NCBI GenBank assembly: GCA_038087875.1
Contig: JAXLNO010000692.1
Span: forward strand, 1 to 33,711
Reading direction: 5' to 3'
Source of the DNA: Malacoraja senta
Taxonomy: Eukaryota
Length of the DNA stretch: 33,711 nt
The stretch's first letter is position 1, and each line of letters starts with the position of its first letter. The notes beneath the pieces are model-generated. The model was not told where the DNA came from. It saw only the letters and a list, made by a program, of their open reading frames with translations, and did not search any database. The position numbers were made by a program, and so were the translations under genes. Below, piece after piece: positions 1 to 10,088 of this stretch.

Positions 1-1868
1 CTCTTTGTTGGCCCCCATTCCCTTTGGGAGGGGGGTTCGTCAGGGATGTCCCATGTCCGGCCAGCTGTATTCCATCTGTGTCGAGCCTTTCCTGTGCCTT
101 CTCCGGAGGCGGTTGACAGGCCTGGCTTTACCGGGGCCGGGGATGGAGGTGGTTCTCTCGGCCTACGCCGATGATGTCCTTCTGATGTTCACCGACCCTG
201 TTGACCTGCGGAGGATGCGTGAGTGCCAGCAGGTTTTCTCGGCTGCATCCTCCGCCAGGATCAACTGGGGGAAGTGTTCTGGTCTCTTGATGGGTGGGTG
301 GCAGGTGGACTCCCTGCCGGAGGAGATGGCAGGTTTTGCGTGGAGTACCACGCACCTCCTTTATCTGGGGGTCTACCTGAGTCCCGCTGAGGAGGGGTGG
401 CCGGCGAACTGGCAGGAGCTGGAGGCGAAAGTGGTCGCCCGGCTGGGACGTTGGTCAGGCCTACTTGGTGTGCTCTCTTACCGGGGCAGGGCTATAGTTA
501 TAAACCAGCTGGTGGCCTCTCTACTGTGGTACCGGATGGCCACTATGGTCCCATCCTCTTATTTTATAACCATGTTACAGAGGAGATTGGTCAACTTCTT
601 CTGGGGGGAGAGGAACCACTGGGTCTCTGCTGGGGTTCTGAGTCTCCCGTTGGAGGAGGGTGGTCAGGCGCTGGTCTGTATTCGTACCCAGGTGGCGGCT
701 CTCCGACTCAGGACCCTGCGGAGGTACGTCTACTCGGACTACCCTCCTAAATGGCACGTGCTGGCGACGTACTTTTTCCGTCAGGGGCGGTGCCTTCAGG
801 AGGGCTCCCGGCTCCCGGTAGCGGGCATGAGTCGACGCGCTAGGCGGGAGTTGCCTGGCTTTTACCGTGAAGTCCTGAAGGCCAGGAATTTGGTCACCTT
901 CAGCCAGGGCCCTGCTCCTCAGGGGGAGGGGGGTGTCGTGGCTGTGACGGTGGGTATCGAGGAGAGGCGTGTGCATGGAGCGATTCCGGACGAGCTTACC
1001 CCCGCTCAGTCGGAATTGTTCATAGGGCCCATGGCCCGGGACCCTCCCCGAGAGCCGGCCCCATGCAACATGAGCCGCCTTTCTGAGATGCCCAGTGTGC
1101 CATTCCGTGGCGCGGAGAGGCGAGTACTGTACAGGCTGCTCTTGCACACTCTCCACTTCCTCGCCCTCGTCTTCCGTCCAGACACACCCTGGCGGTCCGT
1201 GTTACCACCTGACGAGGGGAGCGGTCCCCAGTGGAGGTATCTCTACAAGGGAGTCCTCCCCCTTTACATCGGGGACCTGGGGTGGAGAGTTTTGCACAAA
1301 GCCGTGGCCTGTAATAGGTACTTGAGCCGGTTCACGGACTCTTCCCCTGCTTGTCATTTCTGCGGTGAGGAAGAGACCGTGTTCCACGTGTATATAGAGT
1401 GCGAGAGGTTGCAGCCCCTGTTCGAGTATTTGAAAGGGCTGCTCCTCAAGTTTTGGTTACATTTTAGTCCAACGCTATTAATTTATGGGCACCCGGTAAA
1501 GAGGGGGGAGGGTCGGGAGGGAGGAGGGGGTCTCCCTGTCGGACTGCTCCTGGGCCTGGCCAAGATGGCCATTCGCGGGTCCAGGCAGCGGGCGGTCGAT
1601 GGCCGCACAGCGGTCGGCTGCCTGCCCCTTTTCCGGGGTTACGTCCGTGCCCGCGTGTCCCTAGAGAGGGAACACGCGGTGTCCACGGGGACTGTGGAGG
1701 CCTTCTGTGAACGCTGGTCACCGCAGGAGGTTGAATATATTATAGATAAAAATGTTAATATTTTAATTTGATAATTATGTGTAAATGGTTTTTAAAATTG
1801 TGTGAGCTTTCTACCCTTCCTTGTAAATTGTACATTTGTTTAAAAATCTAATAAAAAAACATTTACGG

Positions 1869-1903
<35 letters not shown>

Positions 1904-1912
1904 AAAAAAAAA
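1..1912 (+). mobile_element. Tx1-type (L1 superfamily) non-LTR retrotransposon, 3' portion with poly(A) tail; cut by the window start
   Basis: Uninterrupted RT ORF to 1771, short AT-rich 3' UTR, AATAAA at 1850-1855 and an almost pure A-tail at 1869-1912. The body is GC- and CpG-rich compared with its flanks. Confidence 0.9.
5..1771 (+). CDS. Tx1-like ORF2, C-terminal part (reverse transcriptase, thumb, CCHC zinc knuckle); 5'-partial
   Basis: RT motifs GVRQGCPMSG, YADD and YLG; RW..LSYRGR..INQL; C-terminal CHFCGEEETVFHVYIEC (CCHC). No stop codon over 588 aa. Confidence 0.9.
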   Translation: MLAPIPFGRGVRQGCPMSGQLYSICVEPFLCLLRRRLTGLALPGPGMEVVLSAYADDVLLMFTDPVDLRRMRECQQVFSAASSARINWGKCSGLLMGGWQVDSLPEEMAGFAWSTTHLLYLGVYLSPAEEGWPANWQELEAKVVARLGRWSGLLGVLSYRGRAIVINQLVASLLWYRMATMVPSSYFITMLQRRLVNFFWGERNHWVSAGVLSLPLEEGGQALVCIRTQVAALRLRTLRRYVYSDYPPKWHVLATYFFRQGRCLQEGSRLPVAGMSRRARRELPGFYREVLKARNLVTFSQGPAPQGEGGVVAVTVGIEERRVHGAIPDELTPAQSELFIGPMARDPPREPAPCNMSRLSEMPSVPFRGAERRVLYRLLLHTLHFLALVFRPDTPWRSVLPPDEGSGPQWRYLYKGVLPLYIGDLGWRVLHKAVACNRYLSRFTDSSPACHFCGEEETVFHVYIECERLQPLFEYLKGLLLKFWLHFSPTLLIYGHPVKRGEGREGGGGLPVGLLLGLAKMAIRGSRQRAVDGRTAVGCLPLFRGYVRARVSLEREHAVSTGTVEAFCERWSPQEVEYIIDKNVNILI

Positions 1913-1936
1913 GAGTGGGGCCAAGACGATTGGAGA

Positions 1937-2031
1937 TGGACACAAAATGCTGGAGTAACTCAGCGGGACCGGCAGCATCTCTGGAGAGAAACAATGGGTG
2001 ACGTTTCGGGTCGAGACCCTTCTTCAGACTG
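1937..2031 (-). mobile_element. Penelope-derived short repeat (pLTR 3' segment)
   Basis: Matches the terminal segment of the GIY-YIG-bearing Penelope remnant at 10089-10230 and its inverted copy at 11070-11165. Confidence 0.75.
2000..2027 (-). ncRNA. Minimal hammerhead ribozyme motif (Penelope-associated)
   Basis: Minus strand reads CTGAAGA-A-GGGTC-TC-GACCC-GAAAC-GTC: CUGANGA box, perfect stem II, GAAA box and GUC cleavage triplet. Helix I is only about 2 bp as read. Confidence 0.6.
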
Positions 2032-2159
2032 TGGAACTGCTGCGTGGCAATGCTGAGACCAATATTCTGGATTATGTATCTTCCCCCTTTTCAACTATAA
2101 ACCCACACGTCTTTGGAATGTGGGAGGAAACTGGAGCACCCAGAGAAATCCCACGCAAT

Positions 2160-2490
2160 GGTCTCATCGTTCTGCTCTCCAAGAGTTCTAGCCTGCTCAA
2201 CCTCTCTCTACCTACATTTACCTTCACATAATCCATAACCCTCCATTCCCTGCATATCCATGTGCCTACCTCAAAGACTCATAAACACCGCTATCATATC
2301 TGCCTCCATCACCACCCCTGGCAAAGTGTTCCAGGCACCTACTGCCCTCTGTGTGTAAAAACAAACACCTTCAAGCTCTGCCCTTTAGCATTTGACATTT
2401 CCACCCTGGGGAAAAAAGGTCCACCCCCATCTAATCCTCTCATATATTCTTCTATCAGGTCTCTCCTCAACCTCCGACGTTCCAGAGAAA
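2160..2490 (-). mobile_element. CR1 LINE 3' fragment
   Basis: Minus-strand translation FSLERRRLRRDLIE..MRGLD..FPRV..GQSLK resembles the ORF2 C-terminus of the CR1 at 24264-25025. Confidence 0.75.
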
Positions 2491-2767
2491 AGGGGAAAAA
2501 TAGAAAATAAAATGGAGTCATGAAATCCTTCTTGAGATATTAATAGTCTTAGTGCATGAGAGGCTGCCTCATGTTTGGAATATGAATAGAAGAATACATT
2601 AACTATTTTCTTTTGCTAATATCCTGAATGCAGGTTTTCATGAGTAACTCAAAGACATAGTGTTAAACTCAAAAAAACTTTTAGAACCTGCAATTCACCT
2701 TGAAAAATTCCAAGAGAAATTTGCTCCTTTGGTAAATATTTTTAATTGCATTGACTTTGACTTAAGA

Positions 2768-2965
2768 CTTAGAGATACATTGCGGAAACAGGGCCTTCGG
2801 CCCACCAAGCCGTGCTGACCAGCGATCACCCCATACACGTACACTAGGGGCAATTTTCAATCTTTTTTACTCAAGCCAATTAACCTACAAACCTGTATGG
2901 CTTGAGAGTGTGGGAGGAAACCGAAGCACCCAGAGAAAACCCATGAGGTCACAGGGAGAACATAC
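2768..2965 (-). mobile_element. tRNA-derived V-type SINE, 5'-truncated
   Basis: Conserved core gtgggaggaaaccg.agcacccagagaaaaccca..gtcacagggagaac plus CR1-like tail ggaaacagg.ccttcggccca. Confidence 0.75.
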
Positions 2966-3039
2966 AGTTGCTGGAAATGGGTTGGCGACAGTCGTGTTGC
3001 AAATGGAAATAATTCCAGAGCTAAATTTCACGTAAACTT

Positions 3040-3130
3040 TTTGCTGAGGACGGGTCCCAGCCCAAAATGTCGTCTGACCATTCCGTCCACAGATGCTGCC
3101 TGACCCACTGATCCCTTCCAGCACTTTGCG
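3040..3130 (+). mobile_element. Penelope-derived short repeat, degenerate hammerhead core
   Basis: ctgaggacgggtcccagcccaaaatgtc followed by agatgctgcctgaccc.ctga..ccagcacttt; same family as 1937-2031. Confidence 0.6.
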
Positions 3131-3699
3131 TATTTGTTAGAAATGTAGTTTGTGCTGTTTCCAATGATGCTGACAGCAATATCTTGAGGATTTAAGAGTT
3201 AAACCCCTGTCTCACTGTGCGAGCTGACCCACGAGGTACCCCAAGTTTAAAACAAATTTAACTCGTGGTAATCACGTACAATTAACGTAGCGGGAACGTC
3301 GGAACTCGTGGACGCAACTTAGCGACTCTTGGCGCTAACGGCAGGTACCCGTGAAACTTGTTAACTCTTGAAAAAGTTCAAACATGTTTAAACTTTTCCA
3401 CGAGTAAAATGTACTCTTGTGGTTAAAAATTGAAACATTTAAACACGTTGTAAGAACGCAGTGGCCCGTGCGTTTACCTTAGTGACTCGTGAGTCTACCG
3501 TGGGAACTCTTTAACTCAGCGGGCAGGCAGCATCTCTGGAGAGAAGGAATGGGTGATGGGATGACATTTCCAAATTGGGGGGGAGTGGGGGGTTGGAGCA
3601 GGGAGGGAGGGGGGGGTGGAGGAGGGTGGAGAGTGGAGGGAGAGGAGGGGAAGACAGATGGGGGTGTCTTCATTCACTAGCAGCGGGTGCCGGTCACTG

Positions 3700-4378
3700 A
3701 AACAGGCAGGTGAGATTTCACGTCCACCTTGTGTGTGTGTGTGTCTCTCTCTCTCCCTCCCTTCCTCTCACACAGGCTGAGAGACTCTGCCTCTGTGAGT
3801 GTACGTCTCTTTCTCCCCCTCTCCCACACAGTAAGACCGAGGTAAGTCCATCTGTGTAAGTCCATCTGTGTCTCCCACATACACAGTAAAACTCTGCTTT
3901 GTGTGTATATACGTCTCCCCCTATTTCTCTCTTTCTCCCCCCCCACCTCTCTCTTCCCCCCCCCACCTCTCTCTTTCTCCCCCCACACACAATAAGATGT
4001 ATTCTGCTTTAGTCTCTCTTCCCTCCCACACACACAGATAGACCGAGGTCCTGTGCGCTCTTCTCTCTCCCCCACTGTCACGCGGAAGTACACCACACTG
4101 CCTCTGTGCCTCTCTCTCTCTGTCTCTCTCCCCCTCTCTCCTTCATACACCGTCAGAGGTCCACACTGTCTCTGTGTCTATCTCTCCCCTACACACACAC
4201 ACAGATTGAGGTACACATTGCCCGTTGTGTGTGTGTGTCTGCCTCTGTCTCCCACACACACAGTTAAAGGTACACCACGCTGCCTGTGTGTGCGTGTGTC
4301 TCTCTCTCTCTCTCTCTGTCCCACCCCCCACACCCACACACACACCCCCACACACACTCAGTCAGAGGAACTCCACAC

Positions 4379-4459
<81 letters not shown>

Positions 4460-4500
4460 CTCTGTCTCTCCCTATCACAGTCAGTGAGGTACTCCCCCCG
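3700..4500. repeat. Degenerate compound minisatellite of (TG)/(TC)/(CA) runs with a recurring cacag..gaggtac motif; includes a long pure (TG)n at about 4380-4456
   Basis: At least 7 imperfect units of the form cacacag(t)..gaggt(a)c..cacactg..tgtgtg..tctctc..cccc. Confidence 0.75.
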
Positions 4501-4756
4501 CAGTCTCTCCGTGGCCTCTCAGGGTGCATCTGCCTCCCTCAGCTCTGATATGGTAAATAATGATAAGATTACCGCTGAAATGTTGTTAAAGGCAGCAAGT
4601 TTCACTGCACAAGTAAAGGGTCAGCTGTCCTCGCCAGAACTAATAAACAGTTATTTTGCAAGTTTAAGGGATTTAATAGTTAGTATCAGTACACAGTATT
4701 TTGCTATATGTCTCAAAATAAGAAAAAAAATCTTATAGGATATATTATTTTACAAA

Positions 4757-5115
4757 GACCAGGTCTCCCACCATTGACTACATTTACACTCCACGCTGCC
4801 TCAAAACATATATAATCAAAGACTTGTCCCATCCCGGTCATTTCTTCTTCTCCTTGCTCCCGTCCGGCGGGCAGTACAGAAGTTTGAAAGCGCCAGCCTC
4901 GGGAACAGCTTCTTCCCCTCTATTATCAGGTTTCTTTAAGGTCTTTCTATAACCGAAGGTAATGTCCAATTCACCTCTGCCTCATTACGGACATTTGGAC
5001 TCTCTGTGCAACTGGTGCGGTGCAATGCTGAGAACTGTATTCTGCACTCTGTATACTGCACTTCGATTCGTACTTGAGTTTGACCATTTAATTAAGTATA
5101 ATATTATTTGATCTC
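4757..5115 (+). mobile_element. Rex1/Babar-like LINE 3' fragment
   Basis: Resembles the reverse complement of 7700-7900 (cacgctgcctc..ataatcaa.ga..cccggtcatt..ttctcc..cccgtccggc..tacagaagtttgaaag..cagcttcttccc..ttatcagg). Confidence 0.6.
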
Positions 5116-6007
5116 ATAGAGTCAGTCATACACCACGGAAACAGCTTATTTGGTCCAATTTCTCCATGCCGAACATGGCGCCCCACATTCCAGCGTATGG
5201 CCCATATCCTTCCAAACAGATTTAAAAACACAACAGTGCCTTCAGTGGATTTATTTCTAAATTTAAAAAAAACGTTATTCATAAAAAGATGTACAGGATA
5301 TGCAATACACCAATGCCATGTGTAATTTCAAAAATAATCTTTCTCCTGAATAAAAATATGTATAAAACAAAAACCGTGCAAAATCTTTTCATAGATTCGC
5401 AGTGGTTAATGCCTTCGGTATTTTTCTAAAATAAACTTTACTCAGAATAAGAAATGTGCACAAAACAAAACCAGTGCAATGCATTATCAGTGTCTATACA
5501 TTCAATAGTGTCAGGACTGTTTCCATCTATATTTAAACTAAACTCTCTTGTCGCTATGTGCCCCTTGGGGTGATATCCCTACCCTTGTCTGACGGGTGTC
5601 CCCATTTCAATATCCTGCAGCGGAAGGGCCATAGACTGTGGTCCAAATGAACTGCACGTAAATGCAATGCAGATACACATATTCTGTGTCTGTCTGCCAT
5701 TTCCGTCTTTAAGGCTTCCATGTCACGATTGCCAGTTCAATGAGTAATTCGGCTTAATTCTGATTTTATATGCGGATGCGAATAGATTAATTATAAAGTT
5801 TAAATTCTATTAAATATGTTACAGGGAAAAACGTCCAGCAATGAAAAGACATCCCTGTATTTAAATAGCGCCCATCACAAACTCAGGAGGTTCCTACGTC
5901 TATTACAGTAAAGGAAGTACAGTGAACGTACTTGGATAAACATAATGTTGAGCATGAATATTGTTTTGTTTAAAAACGGTGGTAACAAGGCTTGTAAATA
6001 TGCAAAG

Positions 6008-6101
6008 GCAGACAAAAAATGCTGGAGAAACTCAGCGGGTGAGGCAGCACCTACGGAGAGAAGAGATATGCGACGTTTCGGGTCGAAACCCTTCTTCAGT
6101 C
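6008..6101 (-). mobile_element. Penelope-derived short repeat
   Basis: gcagacaaaaaatgctggagaaactcagcgggtgaggcagca..cgacgtttcgggtcgaaacccttcttcag; same subfamily as 22606-22735. Confidence 0.75.
6072..6099 (-). ncRNA. Minimal hammerhead ribozyme motif
   Basis: Minus strand reads CTGAAGA-A-GGGT-TTCG-ACCC-GAAAC-GTC: intact core boxes and a stem II closed by a UUCG loop. Helix I pairing is not evident. Confidence 0.55.
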
Positions 6102-7179
6102 ACTGTTGCTTATTAAAACAGACCTTCATTCACGTTTGGCTCAAGAGTACCTCGGGAGAGGAACTTGGTAACTCGGGAGACGAACTTGGAACATCGCAGA
6201 AATGACAAGTTAACGGCAAACTTGAGTCATACCCGTGGGAACTCGGTTAAACTCTTGATCATACACTTGGAATCTCATGCACAACCACGAGTCTTTCGCT
6301 CGGGGTACCTCGTGGGTCAGCTCGCACAGTGTGACAGGGCCATTAGGAAGAGAGGAACACCATGGTGCATCGCAGTGTTGTCAGTGGTCTTTGAGACTCT
6401 TAACCTTTGAAGACCTTTTTTACCTCAGATATATCACAGTTTAAGGACAAAAGCAGTTTTGTGGGGAGAGGTACCAAGGTTGGGAAGAGAAGAGATACAT
6501 GCATTAAATGTTTGTGTTGTGTTAAGAATCGTAGCTTATGACCAAGCAGCCTGTGTGTTATTAGTCACAGTCATACACCATGAAAATAGGCCTTTCGGTC
6601 CAACTCGTCCATACTGACCAAAATGGCCCAACTAATCTAGTCCCAATTGCCCACATTGGGCCTATATACCTCTAAACTTTCCTGAGCTCATCTGTTGCCG
6701 ACCCTGATTTGTCCTAACCTTTTCTCGCCTTTAGCTTATTTCCCCTGACCCCCCCACCCCACCCCACCCCACCCCACCCCACCTATATCCCCACCTCTAC
6801 TTTCAGTCTGAAAAAGGATTCTGGTCCAAGCGTACACGTGGCAATAAACTAAACTCAAGCTCCAACATCCTTGCAAGTGCTCTCTGCCTGTACCATGAGA
6901 ACACCCCTCAGCTTCCTGTTGTGTGAAGAGTTAACATTGTGGCTTTCATGTACTGTGGCTATATCACTCAGTTTCCTTCCTGTGCAAGTCCTTCTCTATT
7001 TACTGGTGTTGCATTGAAGCAGAAGCTAACTTGGTTTCTCTGATGGCTGAGGTTCAGGAACATTCATCACGACACTCGTCTTACAGGTAACAGAATCCTT
7101 GCCGGGAGCTCCCAGAATCTTTGCATCTGATCCAGAGTTATGCTGGCTGAGTGACTTCCTTGTGGCAACAATTCTTAGA

Positions 7180-7366
7180 CGTGTAGATAGGGAAGAAAGT
7201 TTTCCCAAAATCAAATACCAGAAGGTATAGCTTTAAGGTGAAAGGGGCAAAGTGTAAAGCAAATGTATGGGGCAAGGGCTGGGTAGTGGGTGCCTGGAAT
7301 GTGTTGGTGGAAGAAGATACATTGGTGGCATTTAAGAGGCAGGTCGATATGCAGGGAATGGAGGGA
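7180..7366 (+). mobile_element. CR1 LINE 3' fragment
   Basis: tttcccaaa..ccagaagg.atagctttaaggtga.aggggcaaag..gcctggaa..gcatttaagaggc..gatatgcagggaatggaggga, shared with other CR1 ends (e.g. 30340-30600). Confidence 0.65.
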
Positions 7367-8320
7367 ATTTAGTTTAGTACAGTGTACTAAGTTTAGTTTA
7401 GTACAGTCTACTGTACTGAGGTACAGTGAAAAGATTTGTGTTGCATGCTATCCAGTCAGTGAAAAGACTATACTTAGTTTAGTTTTGTGTAGTTTATTGT
7501 CACGTGTACCGAGGTTCAGTGAAGAGCTTTTTTGTTGCATGCTATCCAGTCAGCAGAAAAGCTATACATGGTTACAATCAAGCCACCCACAGTGTATAGA
7601 TACAGGTCGAAGGGTAAAGCATTTAGTGCAAGATATAGACCAATAAAATCCCATTCAAGATAGTTTGAAGGTCCCCAGTGAGGTAGATGGGTGGTCAGGA
7701 CCGCTCTCTAATCCAGTTCAGTTGCCTGATAACAGCTGGGAAGAAACTGTCCCAGAATCCAGAGTTATACTATTTCAAACTTCTGTGTCTATTTCCTGAT
7801 GGGAGAGGGCAGACGAGTGAATGACTGGGGTGAGACTATTCCTTGATTCTGCTGGTGACCTTGCCGAGGCAGCGTGAAGTGCAGATGGAGTCAGTGGAAT
7901 GGAGGTGGGTTTGCATGATAGTCTGGGCTACGTCCACAATTCTCTGCAATTTCTTGCAGCCTTGGATGGAGTTGTTCCCAAACCATGCTGTGATGCAATG
8001 CAATAAAATGCTTTCTCTGGCACATCTGTAGAAGTTGGTGAGGATTGTTGGGGACATGCTGAACCTCATAAGTCTCCAAGCTATTAGAGGAGTTGGTGAG
8101 CTTTCGTGGCCATTACTTCAATGTGGCTGGTCCAGGACAAATTTCTGATGATATTTAGTCCTAGGAACTTGAAGTTTTCAACCATCTCTACTTTGGCGCC
8201 ATTATTGTATACCAGGGTGTGTGAACTGAACTTGATTACAATCTCCTTTGTCTTGCTGACATTGAGGGAGAAGTTGTTGTCTGGGCACCAGGTTACGAGG
8301 TTTGCAATCTCCTTCCTGGA
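7367..8320 (-). mobile_element. Rex1/Babar-like LINE, decayed RT C-terminus and 3' UTR
   Basis: Minus-strand peptides LNVSKTKEIVI..VENFKFLG (about 8160-8270) and ILTNFYRCARESILLHCITAWFGN..KKLQRIV (7836-8069). Ends in a (tttag)n tail and has an internal ~94-bp duplication (7413-7472 / 7507-7567). Confidence 0.75.
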
Positions 8321-8639
8321 TTATGTGCAGGCAGATAAGATTTGATGGCGACATCATGCTGGGCATGGACATTATGTGCTGAATGGCCTGATCCTGTGCT
8401 GTACTGTTCTATGTTCTATGCTCTAAATGATGCCAGTGTGTGCAGTGCAATGTGACTCTGTAAAGATTATGCGGTGCCTTCGTTCCTCCAGTTCCACCCG
8501 GCTGTGTCATTGCTGATCTCCTGAGGAGACCACAGGCTTTCGAGGTTACACGCCCATGAAAGAGCTGCCGGTTTAATGTGAAATAGCAAATAGATGCCCA
8601 CTTTGTGAGGGTGAACCCTTCTACAATTCCCCAACGATC

Positions 8640-9263
8640 GCCTGTACAATAGTTCCATGATATCCCAGTTTTGCATCCTACACACTCGGGGCAATTTACA
8701 GAAGACAATTAACCTACAAACCCGCCCGTCTTTGGGGTATGGGAGGAAACCGGAGCACATGGAGAAAACCCACGCAGTCACAGGGAGAATGTGCAAACTC
8801 TGTAAAGTCAGAACTCGTCATCAGGATTGAACCTGGGTCGCTGTACTGATGAAAGAAATTTGTTTAGTTTAGTTTAGAGATACTCAGTTGAAACAGGTCT
8901 TTTGGCCAACTGAGACAGCACCGACCAGCAATATGTTTAATATTCGTTCATATCACAGTCTGAAGAAGGGTTCCGACCCAAAATGTCACCTATTCCTTTT
9001 CTCCAGAGATGTTCCCCGACCCGCTGAGTTACTCCAGCATTTTGTGTCCATTTCCTACACACTAGGGACAATTTACAGAGGGCCAATTAACCTACAAACC
9101 CGCACGTCTTTAGGATGTGGGAGGAAACCGGAGCACCCAGAGAAAACCCACACTGTCACAGGGAGAAGGCACAAATTCCACATAGATGGCTCCCGAGGTC
9201 AGGATCGAACCCGGGTCTCTGGTGATGTGATGCAGCAACACTACCGCTGTGCCACTGTGCCAT
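8640..9263 (-). mobile_element. Two tandem V-type SINEs (about 8640-8845 and 8860-9263); the second carries a Penelope short-repeat insertion at about 8955-9052 (+)
   Basis: Conserved SINE core twice; B-box (rc of ggatcgaacc, 9202-9211) and A-box head; insert ctgaagaagggttccgacccaaaatgtcacc..gctgagttactccagcattttgtgtc. Confidence 0.75.
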
Positions 9264-9649
9264 AGTGTTGGAAGGGGACTCTGGGATTTTGACCTTGACG
9301 TTGAATAAAAGGCTGGTGGCCAACACATCGGGATAGTGTGTGAGTCGCTGGGTGGACTTGAGGTGACGCAGCTCATTTGATCTTCCTTCTTGTCCATACT
9401 GACAGGAAATGGTGTTGAAATATACGTGGCCTGTGGTGTCATGTATCCTGTCGATAATGCACACTGCAACCTCTCTGCATTGGCTTTTGGAGGCAGAAAC
9501 ACACAAAAAGCAAACTGTGTTGACCAGGTTGGCGTAAAGCACATGGAGTGCAATTAAAGCCCCATTCCGTCCTTAATATCGGCATTGATCAGCAAAGTTG
9601 CTGATTAATCTGAAATGTGATTGTGGGGAATTAACATTTAGTGGTAGTC

Positions 9650-9918
9650 CAGATTCAGGGACAGTTTCTTCCCAGCTGTTACCAGGCAACTGAACCATCC
9701 TATCACCAACTAGAGAGCAGTTCTGTCCTCCCATCTACCTCATTGGAGACCCTTGGACTATCTTTATCCAGACTTTATTGGACTTTATATTGAACTGAAC
9801 GTTATTCACGTATCTGTACACTGTGGAGGACTCAATTGTAATCATGTAGTCTTTCCACTGACTGAATTGCACGCAACAAAAAAAGCTTTACCTCAGTACA
9901 CATGAGAATAAACTAAAT
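9650..9918 (+). mobile_element. Rex1/Babar-like 3' UTR fragment
   Basis: gacagtttcttcccagctgtta.caggcaactgaa..cccatctacctcatt..aactaaa is the reverse complement of 7480-7755. Confidence 0.7.
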
Positions 9919-10088
9919 TGAAGTCATTTTTAGATTTAGAATGACAGCAAGGAAACGTGCCCTTTGGCCCACCACGTCCATGCCGACCATCGATCACCCG
10001 TTCACATGAGTTCTCTGCTATCCCACTTTCTCATCCACTCCCTACACACTAAGGGCAATTTATAGAGGCCAATTAACCTACAAACCTG

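Larger units (their letters stand above)
3202..6342. mobile_element. PIF/Harbinger-like non-autonomous element: two halves (about 3202-3509 and 6119-6342) enclosing 2.6 kb of unrelated DNA
   Basis: 38-bp inverted repeat, ccctgtctcactgtgcgagctgacccacgaggtacccc (3205-3242) versus ggggtacctcgtgggtcagctcgcacagtgtgacaggg (6302-6339), with 1 mismatch. TTA on both flanks (3199-3201, 6343-6345). Confidence 0.7.

Noticed and set aside
4053..4738. ORFs of 107-150 aa with CVCVCV runs
   Set aside because: Translations of (TG)n and the minisatellite; no gene signal.
5420..5645. Possible 3' end of another L1/Tx1-like element on the - strand
   Set aside because: Only a vague resemblance; no coding motif or clear tail I can verify.
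9406..9527. Possible exon after the pyrimidine-rich acceptor tcttccttcttgtccatactgacag
   Set aside because: Translation shows no caldesmon-family similarity and the donor is weak.
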